This document shows positions 1-12,854 of a DNA stretch of 64,000 nt, one piece after another (the first letter of the stretch is position 1; the number at the start of each line of letters is the position of its first letter). Position numbers and translations under genes: made by a program. Below the pieces are notes generated by a model. That model worked only from the letters and a program-made list of their open reading frames with translations. It was not told where the DNA came from and searched no databases. The DNA comes from Epithemia pelagica (taxonomy: Eukaryota; Protista; Bacillariophyta): positions 2,170,001 through 2,234,000 of the forward strand of contig OX337233.1 in assembly GCA_946965045.2 (NCBI GenBank). The letters run 5' to 3'.

Positions 1-1254
1 GGCATAACTTGCAGTGTCGTCCCCTACACCATCCCCTGTTTCACAATTCGGTTGAAATCGCTGTGCATTGGATTCGGCCCAACCAATCTGAACCAATCCA
101 CCCGTGATCAACTTGACTTCCCAATAAAGTTGGTGTGGCTGATCTTGCTTCTGTGGCGACCGCGGCGACGACGACGACGACTGTTGGCTTGGTTGTCGTT
201 GTGTTACACTGTCGTAACTAAGCACAATACCAAAGGTACCAAAATTGGACTGACATTGAACCTGCCATTTTCCCTCCTCGTATGCCAATACCAAGTCTCC
301 TGACAATGTCAGCAAGGCTGTTGGGGGATCAGGTTGATGTTTGGAGCGTTTGGCGGGGACATCTGGCTGGATTGGCGACTGTGGCTTTGGATTCTGTGGG
401 TTGAGCTTTTGTTTTTGTTGTTGTTGTTTGGCCAATCCTTGTTGCAAGGCCGATTGAAGGGAGGCCCGTACCGATTCCGACGCCTGTGTGGCTGTACTCA
501 CGTAGTCTTGAACTCGAGCCTCGGATTGTCGCTTCTTTTCCTGTTTTTGCTCTTGTTCTTTTTCTTGCTGCTGTTTCCACAACCGAAATTGTCGTTGCCA
601 TTTGCGATACTCTTTTTTGGACAAATCGGACCAGGCCGGCAATTCCAAATACCACCCGGGAATGCGCGAATCCGTTTCCATAATGCCACGAGCCCGATCA
701 AGTGCCAGTTGGTGGTCGTCGGCCGTATTTCCCGCCCGTTTTTGGTCATGCCATTCCTTGGCTCGTGCCGCCGCCACGGCATCATTGACATGTCGCAATC
801 GACGACCTTGCAAATCGCGACAGGCACCAAAATTGGTAGTGGCATTGGCACCAGCTTGACGTGATTGACTCTTGAGCAACGATCCAAAGCCTCCCTTGCC
901 TCCCAAAATGCGAGATTTGGTTTTCACGACAACATACGGATCGAACCAGTGATTGTCGCTTGATTGTAACAGGTGCGCTTGTGACGATTGTGAGTGACAC
1001 GTTGTCAACAAATGGACAGGCCAATTGGAATGATCACTGTCGAAATGCAAGACGGATGCTATGGTCGGTGTTGTATTGTTGTGAACAGGAAGCAAATAGT
1101 GCCGATTTTGAAACACCACAATGAGATCACGGGGCTGGTCTTTCTTGTTTCTCGCTCCATCACGATCCCCGTCCCCACTACCGTCGTCAGAAGGGATAAG
1201 GCCTCTAGTAGAATGAGCAAAACGGGATGGCACTGCCGTCATCATACTCTCCAT
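1..1254 (-). CDS. SDE2: SDE2-like protein with C-terminal SPRY domain (3'-partial, runs off the window start)
   Basis: Manual translation of the minus strand from ATG 1254 is open to position 1 (not in the ORF track because it has no stop). Contains RILGG-KGGFGSLLKSQ...TNFGACRDLQGRRLRHVN (Sde2 signature) and ends YWEVKLITGGLVQIGWA...GDGVGDDTASYA (SPRY-type). Confidence 0.8.
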   Translation of the reverse strand, partial: MESMMTAVPSRFAHSTRGLIPSDDGSGDGDRDGARNKKDQPRDLIVVFQNRHYLLPVHNNTTPTIASVLHFDSDHSNWPVHLLTTCHSQSSQAHLLQSSDNHWFDPYVVVKTKSRILGGKGGFGSLLKSQSRQAGANATTNFGACRDLQGRRLRHVNDAVAAARAKEWHDQKRAGNTADDHQLALDRARGIMETDSRIPGWYLELPAWSDLSKKEYRKWQRQFRLWKQQQEKEQEQKQEKKRQSEARVQDYVSTATQASESVRASLQSALQQGLAKQQQQKQKLNPQNPKPQSPIQPDVPAKRSKHQPDPPTALLTLSGDLVLAYEEGKWQVQCQSNFGTFGIVLSYDSVTQRQPSQQSSSSSPRSPQKQDQPHQLYWEVKLITGGLVQIGWAESNAQRFQPNCETGDGVGDDTASYA

Positions 1255-1960
1255 GGAAGGAAAAGAACAGAGCTTGTATCTCTTGAATGGTTTGAGAAGA
1301 AGTTAATACAGATGGGCCGTCGTCGTGCATGTGTTCAACGTTGTTAGAGTGAATAGTTGGAGGAGATCCGTATGTCGCTCCAAACCCTTTGCCATGTCTA
1401 CGATTGAGCAGCCTTCCACCTAGCCCTAAACCCTAACCAATATCTACTGGTGGTAATTGGTGCTAAGGTATGGGGAAGGCCTCTAGCTAGAAGAGCAAAG
1501 GTTGGTAGAGTGTAGAGCGTACAAGAGCTTCTCGACATGTTTGACCATGAGACTGAGACGAAACTATGAGAGAACTTCCGCACTCATCCTATCCTTTGGT
1601 GGATGGTTCACCGCATACGGAAAGAGCGGCTATCCCGATGCCCCATGTCGCCTCTTACATGTCTCGAACGCACGCACCTACTACAGACAAGTATTCCAGA
1701 TGATTCAGCTTCTAGGTATGGAAGCCATTCGTCATTAATAGGAAAAGAGACCATGGTAGCTCTTGTTACCGACCAAAATCAAAAGCCCATTGAGAATCCA
1801 TGTTGAGGCATCCACCGGCAACAGTTGAACTTCTAGCAATCCATTGAAACAACCCCTGTCGGTGTGGGTCGAAGACGAAGCTTGTTGCACTGCGAATGTA
1901 TGATTGTGTAAATCACTCTGCTTTTAACGACCCGAATTCTTGTTTTCTTGGTTGGCATCA

Positions 1961-2335
1961 TCATGCTTGTTTGACTTTGACCAGCGATTGTTCCAGTCGA
2001 TTCGACAATTTGGAGGCCGTTTGTTTCGATTGTTTCTTGTTTCGTTCCTTGATTTGTTTCTTCATTTCTTGTGTCCCCCGTTGTTTCATGTCGGACAAGA
2101 AAAATCTGGTGCCACTACTGACCGCCTTGGCTGCCACCAAGGTTTCGTTGCGATGATTGATGGATTTGGTCGTCCGTTCCTCTTCCATTCGGTGACTTGT
2201 ATTGGCATTCTGTTTCGTAGAACTGTACCGTTTGCGGCCTTTGGAAATGGTTTTCTTGTTACGGACAGCTTGTCGTTTCTGAGAGCCCTTGGACTTTTGG
2301 GCCTTGCCCAATTTTCCCGAACTCCCTTGCGCCAT
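1961..2335 (-). CDS. Small basic protein, Leydig cell tumour 10 kDa / C19orf53 (UPF0390)-like
   Basis: ATG 2335, 124 aa, MAQG start, very Lys/Arg-rich, with TKSINHRNETLVAAKA resembling the family's I..IE..A.KA segment. Confidence 0.45.
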   Translation of the reverse strand: MAQGSSGKLGKAQKSKGSQKRQAVRNKKTISKGRKRYSSTKQNANTSHRMEEERTTKSINHRNETLVAAKAVSSGTRFFLSDMKQRGTQEMKKQIKERNKKQSKQTASKLSNRLEQSLVKVKQA

Positions 2336-3076
2336 GGTCGTCGTGGTACATGAAGTGCCGTGGTTGGTGGTTGGGTGACGAAGACGAAGACGAAGCTCCA
2401 GCTCCAGTGGATCGTCGGCCAGACGTCTTCGAAAGGGGGCGCGCAGACAAAACCACACCATCCTTCGCCCCCATTTAGTTAGAAGGATCCACGTGTAGAA
2501 CCCCCCAAACGGGGGGTCGTGTCGCCGCGAGTCTTTTTTTCGTCACGCAAAATGTCCTCATCCAACTCCCTGTTCTTTGGGATCCATTGATCGTTGGTGA
2601 TTCCACTTCCAGAGAGCGTTGTGGTTGTTCCAATAGCCAAGCATTGCGCTGGTGTACATTGCAAACGACGACATTGCGCTCGAGACGACACGCAAAGAAG
2701 ATCTGAGATTTTGGTACACGAGTGATATTCTTCCCAGTGATATCTTTGCTGGAGGGTGTCGTGACGGTCTTACTTGTTGTTATTGTCTCGTTGGTACGAG
2801 TGGTCATACTACGGTATTGATACAGACGGAGCATATTCTAGTGAAAGTGCCGAAAGGAAAAAAGACAGAGATCTCTGGTTTGGTGTGCACCTCTTGCTTC
2901 GTTCCAACGCTTCCAGATCCTGATTTGGGGGGCTTGGATTCGAATCTGCAGTGAACAAAGGAGAAAAGGAACTTGCACAAGGAAACGGTCGAAGAGAACG
3001 GACAAACCTTGTCCCCGAGTTTGGAATAGTCGACAACCCTAAGAAACAGCCTGCGTAAGAACACCAACGTATCGTC

Positions 3077-6000
3077 ATGAAATCTCAATTGGTGCACATT
3101 CTTCCCGTCTGGGAAGCCTGTGACATTTTGGGAGAACCGGTCGTCCGTCGCATGGTGCAATCCTTGGTCCGGTTGCGTCCTCGACCCCTGTCGTCCCAGC
3201 GGCAAAAGAGTCACAACCATGACCAAGATACGAACAACAACAACAACAATAACGACGACGACGACCAAGAGGACGATAACGAACACATGATTCATGTCTT
3301 GACGCGTGCCTTGTGTTATCGTTCAGAAGCCTCCTCCGCACAAGTACCAACTCAAGTCGCCAATGCGTGGAATCAGTGGTTGTCGGTCCGATGGTTGGCC
3401 TTGGACAAGGTTACCTTTATTTCCTTGATTGTCCCACACACGGTTCAACCCCATGCCGGTCCCTTGGGACATCAAGGTTTGTTTGATTGCCTCGTCCATG
3501 CCTTGCAACATCATTCCTCCTCGCCCCATCACAATACTACTACGACTGTTGGATATTATGGTGCTGGTCCCATGAATGGACCTTCGGCTGTTCCACCACC
3601 CCTCATTTGGTTCCCCGATGTCCTCATCTTGTTGGCGGCGGCCAAACAATACGTCGAGTATCGACAACAGGCACCGTCCAACCCCGAACACGACCAAGAC
3701 ACGGACGATTCCCACAACAACCAGGAAGGTTCGGAACATGCCTCGGAAGCCGATGCACCCACGACACCCGCCAAACAACCCACAACCAAATCCGATCCAG
3801 GAGGGATGGACAATCCCAATAGTGGAGATCAAGAAGCCAATCAACAAGAGAAGGACGACGAGGAACAAGACAATGAGGAAGAAGACGACGAGGATGATGA
3901 TGATGACGAGGATGATGAAATGATGGTTCGCAAGCCTCCGACACCAGGTGGTACAACGGCCATGGCCCAAGCCGCACGTCTTCGCAAAGAACGTGTCCAG
4001 GCAATGCAACGCATGTTGGAAAAACAACAACAACAAGCAGAAGTGGTGGATGAGGACGCTTCGGAAAGCACTCAGGACTTGGACGGTTCGCAACGATCTC
4101 GTCGACGAGTGTCATCGTCACGAGTGCCATTGAGTGCCAGTCGTCGTAAACATCCTTCCAAGAATAACGACGAATTTGCCATTGTCCAAGTAATGGCACG
4201 AGCCGCCTTTGGAATTTATGATTCCTATCAGAAAAAGGGTATCATCACACGAGATACCATTCATCGATTCTTAACGGATGTTCATGGAGAAGATTCATAC
4301 AAAGAAACGCCAACACGACAACTTCTCAACGACTTGTTTGCTTCGAACAACCCCAACGACGATGGGGTATCGTTTTCCCTTCAAGCGACGGTGACACAAG
4401 CTAGCTTTGTGCAACACCTTGTCGATACCTACGATTATCGCCGTCGGTCTCATTTACTATTGGATTGGCTGTCCTTTTTACTAGAGGCCATGATTCCACC
4501 CGCTCAAGTACCGGCCTCCGTCACGGCCTATTTGGATACCATGGAACATCGGCCGAAACCACTTTGTGATATTTATCAAATTGCCGAAAGTCGATTGTTT
4601 GAAGTGCGACGGCGATTCCATTCCATGGTCCGTGCCGGACCCTCTTTGATTCATGGAGATCCCATAGGTGGAGGGAGTGGCAATGGTGCCGATGGAGGAG
4701 ATGGACCAGGGTCGTCTTCCACATCCTCGGCCTCGTCCTTTTCGTCGTCGTCATCGGCTTCTTCAAACAATAACAAACAATCGATTTGTCAGTCGGCCTT
4801 TCTCGATGCAGTTTGCAAACACAATTCCGAAATGGGACATGGAGGATATTTGCCGCAATCCTTGGCACTCTTGGTCTTTTGGGCAGGGTCTCGCAACACG
4901 CATTTGCATGTGGGTGGAGCTGCGGCCACGGGGACACCACCACATGCGATCCTTCCATCACCTCGAACAAGTCGTATACGGCGTACCTCGCAGAACAGCC
5001 ACCCAATAGATGACACTTCGGAAGACCACTCGTCGTCCCGACAAATTTATTGGACCTTGCCCAATTTGATTCAGTTTGGTTGTTTGGCTGTCCGACAACA
5101 TGTCGCACATCCACATGATCCCGATATTTCCTTGTTGCGATTCTTATTTGTCGTCTTTTCCATGGCCACTACGTCGTCCTACTATAAAAACAAGGCCAAT
5201 GGTATCCACAACAATACGAACAATGGCAGCAACAAAAGCGTTCTTCTTGTGGTGGACAAGGACGATTTGGACGACGAACAGCAAGACAGTATTGTACCAC
5301 GCGTCTTGACGCGCGACCACGTCGAACGCATGTTGTTGCTCCTCATTGAACATGCCGAATATCGACTCCGGGCCGATGCTCCCATGGATCAGACGGAAGA
5401 AGGAGAACGCGATGCCGTCACTGTGTCCCCAAAGGAAGGAATCATGGTGGATGTCGAAGTAGCCTATGTACTTGGTATCTTACCACCCGAACTGGATCAG
5501 TCGTCGTCCGAGGGGACCCTGTCGGTAGTACCCTTGGACAAACTGGTGGACCACGCCATGGAATCCACGCAAGATGGATCCACCATGACATTTGAAGAAT
5601 TTTGTGCGTGGAACACATCGGTTCCCGATGAAGGTGGAGAGGCACGATTGGCCCCTCTGTGTATGGACTTGCGTTTGATTGCCTCTGTCTTGTTTGGTGT
5701 CCCTCCCACAACGGCTTCCATGGAAATTCAATTGATTGCCGAAATTGAACGTCGACACAAGGCACGCTATCCACAAACCAGCGTTTCACGACGTGGTCCT
5801 CGCGGAACCATTTGGTACATTATCAATGCCGAATGGTTGCGTGGCTGGTCCCAGTGTGTTCAACAAGTGGCTGGCACCGACGAAGATGCCGACGATGGAC
5901 GGATGCAACTCAAAGGAGGAGTGCGGGGACTGGGAAGGATTGAAAATGCCTCCCTCTTGGCCATGTCGTCTCTTGCTCTACGACAAGATATTCAATGGAA

Positions 6001-9000
6001 ACATGATTACGAAATCCTACCACCCTTGGCCTGGCAGGGTTTACAGGCCTGGTATGATGGAGGGCCACCCATTCATCGATCTGTCGTGCGGTATATTGAC
6101 ACCTCCGCAAAAGGGGCAGGGAATCTCCACAGTGGTAGTCCTTCCAGGGTCGGTGGAGCAAAGACTCGAATGCCGACGGAAAATGAAATTGAATTGTATC
6201 CCTATTTTGTGACGGTCTATCTCTGTGATTCCACTTCGGGTGGAGAAGCTAGGCCGTTTCAACAGAACTATCAATTAAGTCGCGTCAGTCCCGTCGGTGT
6301 CATGTTGGTCCAACTGTGCAAGGAATTGGAAATTGATCCTGCCATGGCACGGTTATGGGTTTTGGGCTTGACGCCTGATGGCGCCGTGGATGACGAGGGA
6401 ACCAAGGATTGGATCTTATCTTTGGAACAGAATATTGGCGATCAACGAAAAGTGCGCTTGGATGCAGTGCAAATCAAGAAGGATATTCATTTGTTGCTTG
6501 AGCTCAAACATCGCGAGACAGGAACGTGGCCACGCGGAGAAGATGGAAAGGAATGGATCCTTCGGCGCAGTCGCAATCGCAAATTGGCTGGGGCTGGTGG
6601 AGGAGGACCGGGTGGAGTGGGAGGAGCTGCACCCGAACTTAATTTGGGCGACGGCATTGTGGGTCTGTACAATATGGGGTAAGTGATCGGCTCTATATAT
6701 GAGTATGTTTTGCAGGTCGCACTTTGTACTTGTATTTTCTGCGTACACATTGTTTCTAATGGCACAAAAATGGGGTTTGTCATCTCTTGTCTTTGACAGC
6801 AATACATGCTTTTTGAATTCGTCCATTCAGTGCATCAGCCATACGCCCATTTTCCGGGAGTATTTTACCTCCAAGGCATACTTAAATGATATCAACACTA
6901 CCAATCCATTGGGATATCAAGGGCATTTGGCGCAAGTATCGGCTGTCCTCATCAACTCCTTGTGGAAGCCGTTCAATCAAACAGCGGTACCTACGACGCG
7001 GGCCAGACGCGTGACGACCCCTGGTTCCTACGTTATGGTGAATGCACAATCTCTTACACCCAAGACGTTTAAAGAATCATTGGGGAAATTCAACGACCAC
7101 TTTTCGGGAAATGAACAACACGACGCCCAAGAACTTCTCACATTTCTACTAGCCGGGTTGTCGGAGGATTTGAACCGAATTGTTGACAAACCATATACTG
7201 AAGCTCCAGATTCCGATGGTCGTCCCGATCGAGAGCTGGCGGATATATGGTGGGCGAACCATTTGAAAAGAGAATTGTCGATTGTAGTGGCTCTCTTCAA
7301 TGGCCAATACAAGAATTTACTAACCTGTCGAACGTGTAAATACGAGAGTGCCCGTTTCGAACCATTCTCCACCTTGACAGTACCTTTGCCGGAAGACGAC
7401 ACTGTGGCCGTCTCGGTAATCTTATACCCGTTTTCCGAAGGTCATGAACCTACGCGATATTGCGTCCGAGTACATGCCACTGGAAACCTGGTGGATGTAT
7501 TGCCAGCACTGGCCAAGGAAATATTAGCAGACCGTGATAAAGGGAGTGCAACTTTGGATCCAGAGACATCCAAGGACAAATTATCAGAGAAAAATGAAGA
7601 CAAACAAATAGAAGATCCTAGAATTGCTCGAAAGGCTCGAGAACTTTCCATCGTCGATATTAAAGATGGCTACATTGTCCGAATTGCTCCCTTAAACTGG
7701 GCATTGCGTGACCTGCAGAATAAGGACACTGGGGATCTTCCAACATTACATGCCTACGAGCTTGACAATTTCCCCGAAACAGAAGACGAGGAACCAGAAG
7801 CAAAAGACCAAGCAAGCGAAGGTGATAAGCAGTCCAAGTCGGGATATCTAGCAATATCACAAAGACGATCCGATCTTGTTTTTCGTGACTACCTCCACCC
7901 ATTGTCACATAAACTGTTTGGCACACCGGTTTTGATGAAATTAAAGAATATGGATGATTGTACTGGTCGCCAGTTGTACGACCTTGTCGCCAAACGTCTC
8001 CGCCCTCTTGTCCCACGAGCTGTCCTGGGCTTTTTGATGGGAGAACGGGAAATTGATCATTCAAGCAATTCAAATAGCGCCGATGCAACGAAGAAGGATA
8101 AAGAAGACGATACGAAGCATAGACTTTACAATGGGATGATAATGGGCATGACGGATGATGAAGAGATATCGGCTGGTACTTTGCCTCGGTACGGTTTTCG
8201 ACTGCGTGTCACATCTCGCGATGGGCGAAAATGCTTGATTTGTCCCTGGTACAAGTGTTGCGTCGGTTGTTTAATCAACGACGATGATTCCTTGGCCAAT
8301 ATCATTGATGGTGATAGTTTGGTGGTGGATTGGCACTTTGCCGTGGACGTCGCCACATCCGGATTTGGTTCTCGTGCTGGTTTGCTGGATCCCATTGCTG
8401 CGCGAGGATCGGGTGCCGGGATGCGACTGACGCGTCCGATTGGTACGGTGCCAGTCAAGATGCATCGTACGTGTGGAATTGGTGGCAAAGGTTCTCATGC
8501 CGGTGCCATCACATTGGAAAAGTGTCTGGAAGCCTTTGCCAAAGAAGAGCGCATTCCGGAAGCTTATTGTTCAAAATGCAAAGATTTTCGAGTCCAGACC
8601 ACGCGCATGACACTATGGCGGTTACCTCCCGTCCTGATTATCCATTTGAAGCGTTTTCAATTTACACCCACAATGCGGAGGAAATTGCGTGATTTAGTCG
8701 TTTTCCCACTAGAAGGTCTAGATCTGTCCCACATCATGGCTCCGGATGGCTCACAATCGGACGGAATTGGAAAAGCTCCCTCATGTGGTGGCAAGAGGGG
8801 CAAGGATGATGACGGCGACGATGACCGAACGGAAGCGACGGCTGATACCAAAGGCTCTTCTTCAACCACAAGAACAAGTGGAAAGGACGGGAGTATGTTG
8901 TATGATTTGTATGGAGTTATTCACCATCAAGGTGCCTTATCGGGTGGTCATTACGTGGCGTCGTTAAAATCGGAAATTGACCAACAGTGGCGTTTGTTCA

Positions 9001-9194
9001 ATGACGCGCAAATTTACGAAATTCACGCACGAGATGTGATTGATTCGAGTGCATATATTTTGTTTTATTTGCGTCGCGATGTCGCCCAATCGCGACTGTC
9101 TGATTTATGGGATTTGAAACAAGTGGCAAGCATGAGCGAAGAAGAAATGGACAATTTGGTCAAGGGCAAGGCTGATCGGTGTGTCATAAGCTAA
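3077..9194 (+). CDS. Large ubiquitin-specific protease (DUSP + UBL + USP catalytic domain; USP15/USP32-like); join(3077..6678,6800..9194)
   Basis: DUSP motif WYIINAEWL...DYEILPPLAWQGLQAWYDGGPPIHR. GT-AG intron 6679-6799 restores the Cys box GLYNMGNTCFLNSSIQC. QHDAQE box and His box HQGALSGGHY...FND present. Confidence 0.9.
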
Positions 9195-9505
9195 AGGAGA
9201 ATAGAAAAAAGGTTCAGGCAAAACATGACGTTCAACGACGGATCATTTGTAACGAATGATAAAACATTAGTAATGATATTAAATTTATTGTACTAATACA
9301 AAATGATCAGGACAGTATTCGCGTGCACACCTTGGGAACCCTGGTCTTGCAGAATAGTCCTGGGGCGGACATGTTGCAGTTCAAAACAAACTCCATAGTT
9401 GAAGCTTTGCAAAACAAGGGGAGAACTCCTGATTTTTTGACTTTTGCCTCCTCCGAGTTCCGAGGGAGGGCTGCCGTATAGAATAGCTAGTGTTGCTTGT
9501 GTTTG

Positions 9506-11137
9506 TTATTGTTCGAGAAAGGGAAATGTTCTCCTCCACCATCCTCCCATCCATTGAAAGGGGCCCTCGTCCTCGTCCTCCTCCAAGTCTCGGTGCAAGG
9601 GATCCTGCATCACCTCATGGTCCTTGTGAGCACTGTTCTTGTCCATACTGTTTGGGTTGTTGTGTTCGTCTCGACGGGTATTCCAAAACGACGCCAAGCG
9701 ATGTTTGGTGGTCGTCTCGTGTCGTGAAGGACCAAAAAAGAAACTACCACCCCGCAGTCGTTTGCGTCGTCTTGGCAAGGTGCCATCATCGTCCTCCTCG
9801 TCGTCATCATCCTCATAATCAATCGGAAAGACGGCCAAAAAATGATTGCCATCCGACAATTGTTTCCCTGGCACAATATCGGGAAATCGACTGTCGGCGG
9901 ACAAAATGTGCAAGGCACGACGTCGTCCTCCATAATCAAATTTGGGTGAACCAAAACAAGCCATGCGACGCAAACAAAATTGCGGTGATGATGATGACGA
10001 AGAATAGGAGGAACCGGACAAGGAATACTCGAGCAAATCATCGTCTGTTTCACTGTCCTGATTGGCTGGATCCACAACCCGCAATTCATAGACATGAATC
10101 GGTCTTCGCAAGACATTGGCCAAGGCAACAATTTCCGGTCCTCCTCCCCAGACCGATTCTTGCAACATGTCTCGACAATATTCATGTCGCGTCAATCCAT
10201 ATTGCCGAGCGGCCGCTTCCACCAATTCTCGACTGGGTACTGATTCGTGTCCCTGCAAAACCAATCGTCGTCCATTGCCATTGTGATTTTTCTTATGATT
10301 ATTATTATTGTGCGATTGTGTGGATGCGGATTCTCCACTCAAACAAGCCACCGCGTCTTGACGCAATTGATGACTGTGTTGATACAATTGAGGCAAGGAA
10401 GTCTTCATATCCCAATGGGTTCCATTTTCAGCGTGACACAAACAAAGACTAATGCTGCACAAACACAGATGACAAGAACACAAGAGACCAGGCACAGCCA
10501 AACCAAACCAAAGACCAACCAACCAAAGCGATCAGATACCAATCAGCAGCACCTGATCACACAGACAAGCAAACAGCACCTACCTATGAAAGAGGCAATT
10601 GCCATCGCCAGGGACTTGTCGAATACGACATGGCGTGTGCAAGGCATGGGCCGTCCGCAATCGGACTTCAGCTTCCCATTCGCCTGGAATTCGATGAAAC
10701 AAACCTGATACAAAACCATCGTCATTGATACGACGTGATGGGTTCCAGGGTGGATACACGGTCCATCGATTCGTGTCCGGGTCATCCAACGACGACGAGG
10801 ATGACGATGCACTGCGAGGAATGCCACGGCTGCGACTCGTTGTTCGACTGCTGGTGGAGGACGAGGCCAGGGTGGCTTCGGAGTGACTGGTGCTTCCTCC
10901 ACGAGATATCGTCCACGTGTCGTCTCTCTGTAGATGATTCTGGCTTTCCTTCTTCTTGATCTGGTGATGATCATCGTCATAAAAGTTGTTGGAAAAAGGA
11001 ACCTGGACATGTCCTGGATTATGACTGTTATGGTGGATGGATCCCCAGACATGTGGAGAATGCCACGTGATGGCCACAAACCAAAGCAGCCATGTGCACC
11101 CAATCGATGCTGTCAAATTGATTGTTGGTCGTTTCAT
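9506..11137 (-). CDS. OTU-family cysteine protease/deubiquitinase with N-terminal hydrophobic leader; join(complement 10584..11137, 9506..10454)
   Basis: GT-AG intron 10583-10455 gives RQVPGDGNCLFHSIS (OTU Cys loop), WGGGPEIVALANVLRRPIHVY and GNHFLAVF (His). 1503 nt, in frame. Confidence 0.85.
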
Positions 11138-12029
11138 TGTTCGACAAGTACTTCAATGGTTTCTTGCTGTCGGATCCAAGACACACCCGACCAGGAAGAA
11201 AAAAAGTCGACCAATCAAAATCACTTCAAGAACACAGTTTGTCACCGTTCGAGAAATCACAACCAGAATCACTGATGAGCACGTCCAACGATTGGATACC
11301 GTAATGTACAAAAGGAATACGAGAATCCAGCGAGAGAAAGCGTTCTCTTCACAAGCCTCTCCTCAACGACGACGCGTTTGAAGAGGTGAATGATCTGCCA
11401 AGGAAAAAGATGTGGAAAAATTTCTCCTCCCCCGCGTTTTGTTGTCTCTCTTCAAAAGTGAAACGTGGATCTCTTCCGAAGTGCCTGCGCGCAGCAGACC
11501 GGGCGACGAAAGGACCAACTGCTAGGTGCGCTACCCATCGCCACATCCACAACCGCCCACGGATGGATTGAGGGTTCCCAATTCCCGACGAAAGAATGTC
11601 GAGTGAACCTTGTTTCATCGCTTGGTTAGATGGGGAACCAAGCCTCCTGGAATGGGTTTTGCATTGGAAAAGTATGCAAGGAACAAGAAAGTACTAGCTC
11701 AACCGATTGACAAACAAAAATTCCCTTATTTTAAGACACTAAGGACGTGGACCATGATGAACTTCGCAAGAGAGTCGTTAAGTTAAAACTTTTTCCAGAA
11801 CTGCTCCCACATCTCTAACATTGGATAAATTTGTCCGAAAGACCTCAACTAGGGTGAGAACGGACAAGGTGTGCGATATCATCGGTGGACTCGACTTTGC
11901 ATGAACATTCATGGAGTTCTCAAAGAAAATACCGATTACTGCCACAATTCGTAGCATTGTACGACATGACACTGTTCTCCAAACAAAGTCGTCTACGCAA
12001 AAGATTTCCAGTTGGAGAGGGACCTCTGA

Positions 12030-12335
12030 CTAGTCCCAACTGGGCGGATCCTTGGCCTCCCAAATAACTCCAATGGTAGGAGACTTTTTGTGTGTCCGGT
12101 AAAAATTCGTAGATTCCATGACTTTCGCAGCATATTCCTTGTCTCGCGAAAACTTGGCAGACATGGCCTTGCTAAAGTCATCCCATTTGGTGCCACAACT
12201 TTCAAAGGTGCCGAATCGATAATACTTGTCTCGCTGATGCAAAATGGACGAACAGCGAACCCATTCGTCCCACATCCTGCCCAAATCCACAACTTCCTTT
12301 GGCTGCATATCTCGATTTTGTTTCTGCTGAACCAA
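12030..12335 (-). CDS. DUF3128 / EMI1 / C22orf39-like small Cys protein (5' end uncertain)
   Basis: WDEWVRCSSILHQRDKYYRFGTFESCGTKWDDF...VIWEAKDPPSWD matches the family pattern C..(H/Q)..YY.(F/Y)G...C..W and the C-terminal W..PP.W. Confidence 0.5.
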   Translation of the reverse strand: MVQQKQNRDMQPKEVVDLGRMWDEWVRCSSILHQRDKYYRFGTFESCGTKWDDFSKAMSAKFSRDKEYAAKVMESTNFYRTHKKSPTIGVIWEAKDPPSWD

Positions 12336-12854
12336 ACGCGGCCGGTACGCACGTCTTCCTGCTTGGACAAAGTCTCGGCGTCTTCACCACACTTGTACAC
12401 TTGCGTTCTTGTGTGACCCAGTATTGTGTTGCTTGTTGGCGAATTGCCATGGCATGTGTAAAATGCGCGACTGGACTTGAATCGTTTAAGGGGTATCAGA
12501 TGTAGTCTACCTAGAGGTGCAGGGTGCAGTGTTCATAGGATTAGCTCGGACAGAGGACTTGGCTCCAGCAGAAGAGTCGATTGTTGATAATTTTTAAACA
12601 GGGTTTGCTATGACCAGGCTTTTTCTGTTGGCACTGTCGTCGGAGTAGATTTCATTCGCATGTTGTTCCTCTGTGATGTATGGGATTCGTAGTTCTAGGA
12701 GTAGATGATTTCAATGGGATGCTCCAACAACGTATGCACAACTGGTCGAAAATATACAAGATGTCGCGTTACTCGAAGATGGTTCCTACCATGGAACGCG
12801 ACGTGGAAGGATAGAAAGAAGACTGTCATCACTCAGTGCATTGCAATGCCAAAC

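Noticed and set aside
1420-1440. Telomere-like CCCTAAA CCCTAA; also TTAGAGG repeats near 59320 and TTAGG arrays at 51550-51630
   Set aside because: Only 2-3 degenerate units, or explained as MITE subterminal repeats; no true telomeric array.
2500-2517. GC hairpin ACCCCCC-AAAC-GGGGGGT between divergent genes
   Set aside because: A single 7-bp stem of homopolymer runs; no TSD or second copy.
334-4199. Long antisense ORFs (334-864, 2804-3295, 3323-4093, 3624-4199; likewise 9490-10452 and 61868-62665)
   Set aside because: Shadow frames opposite low-complexity coding regions of real genes.
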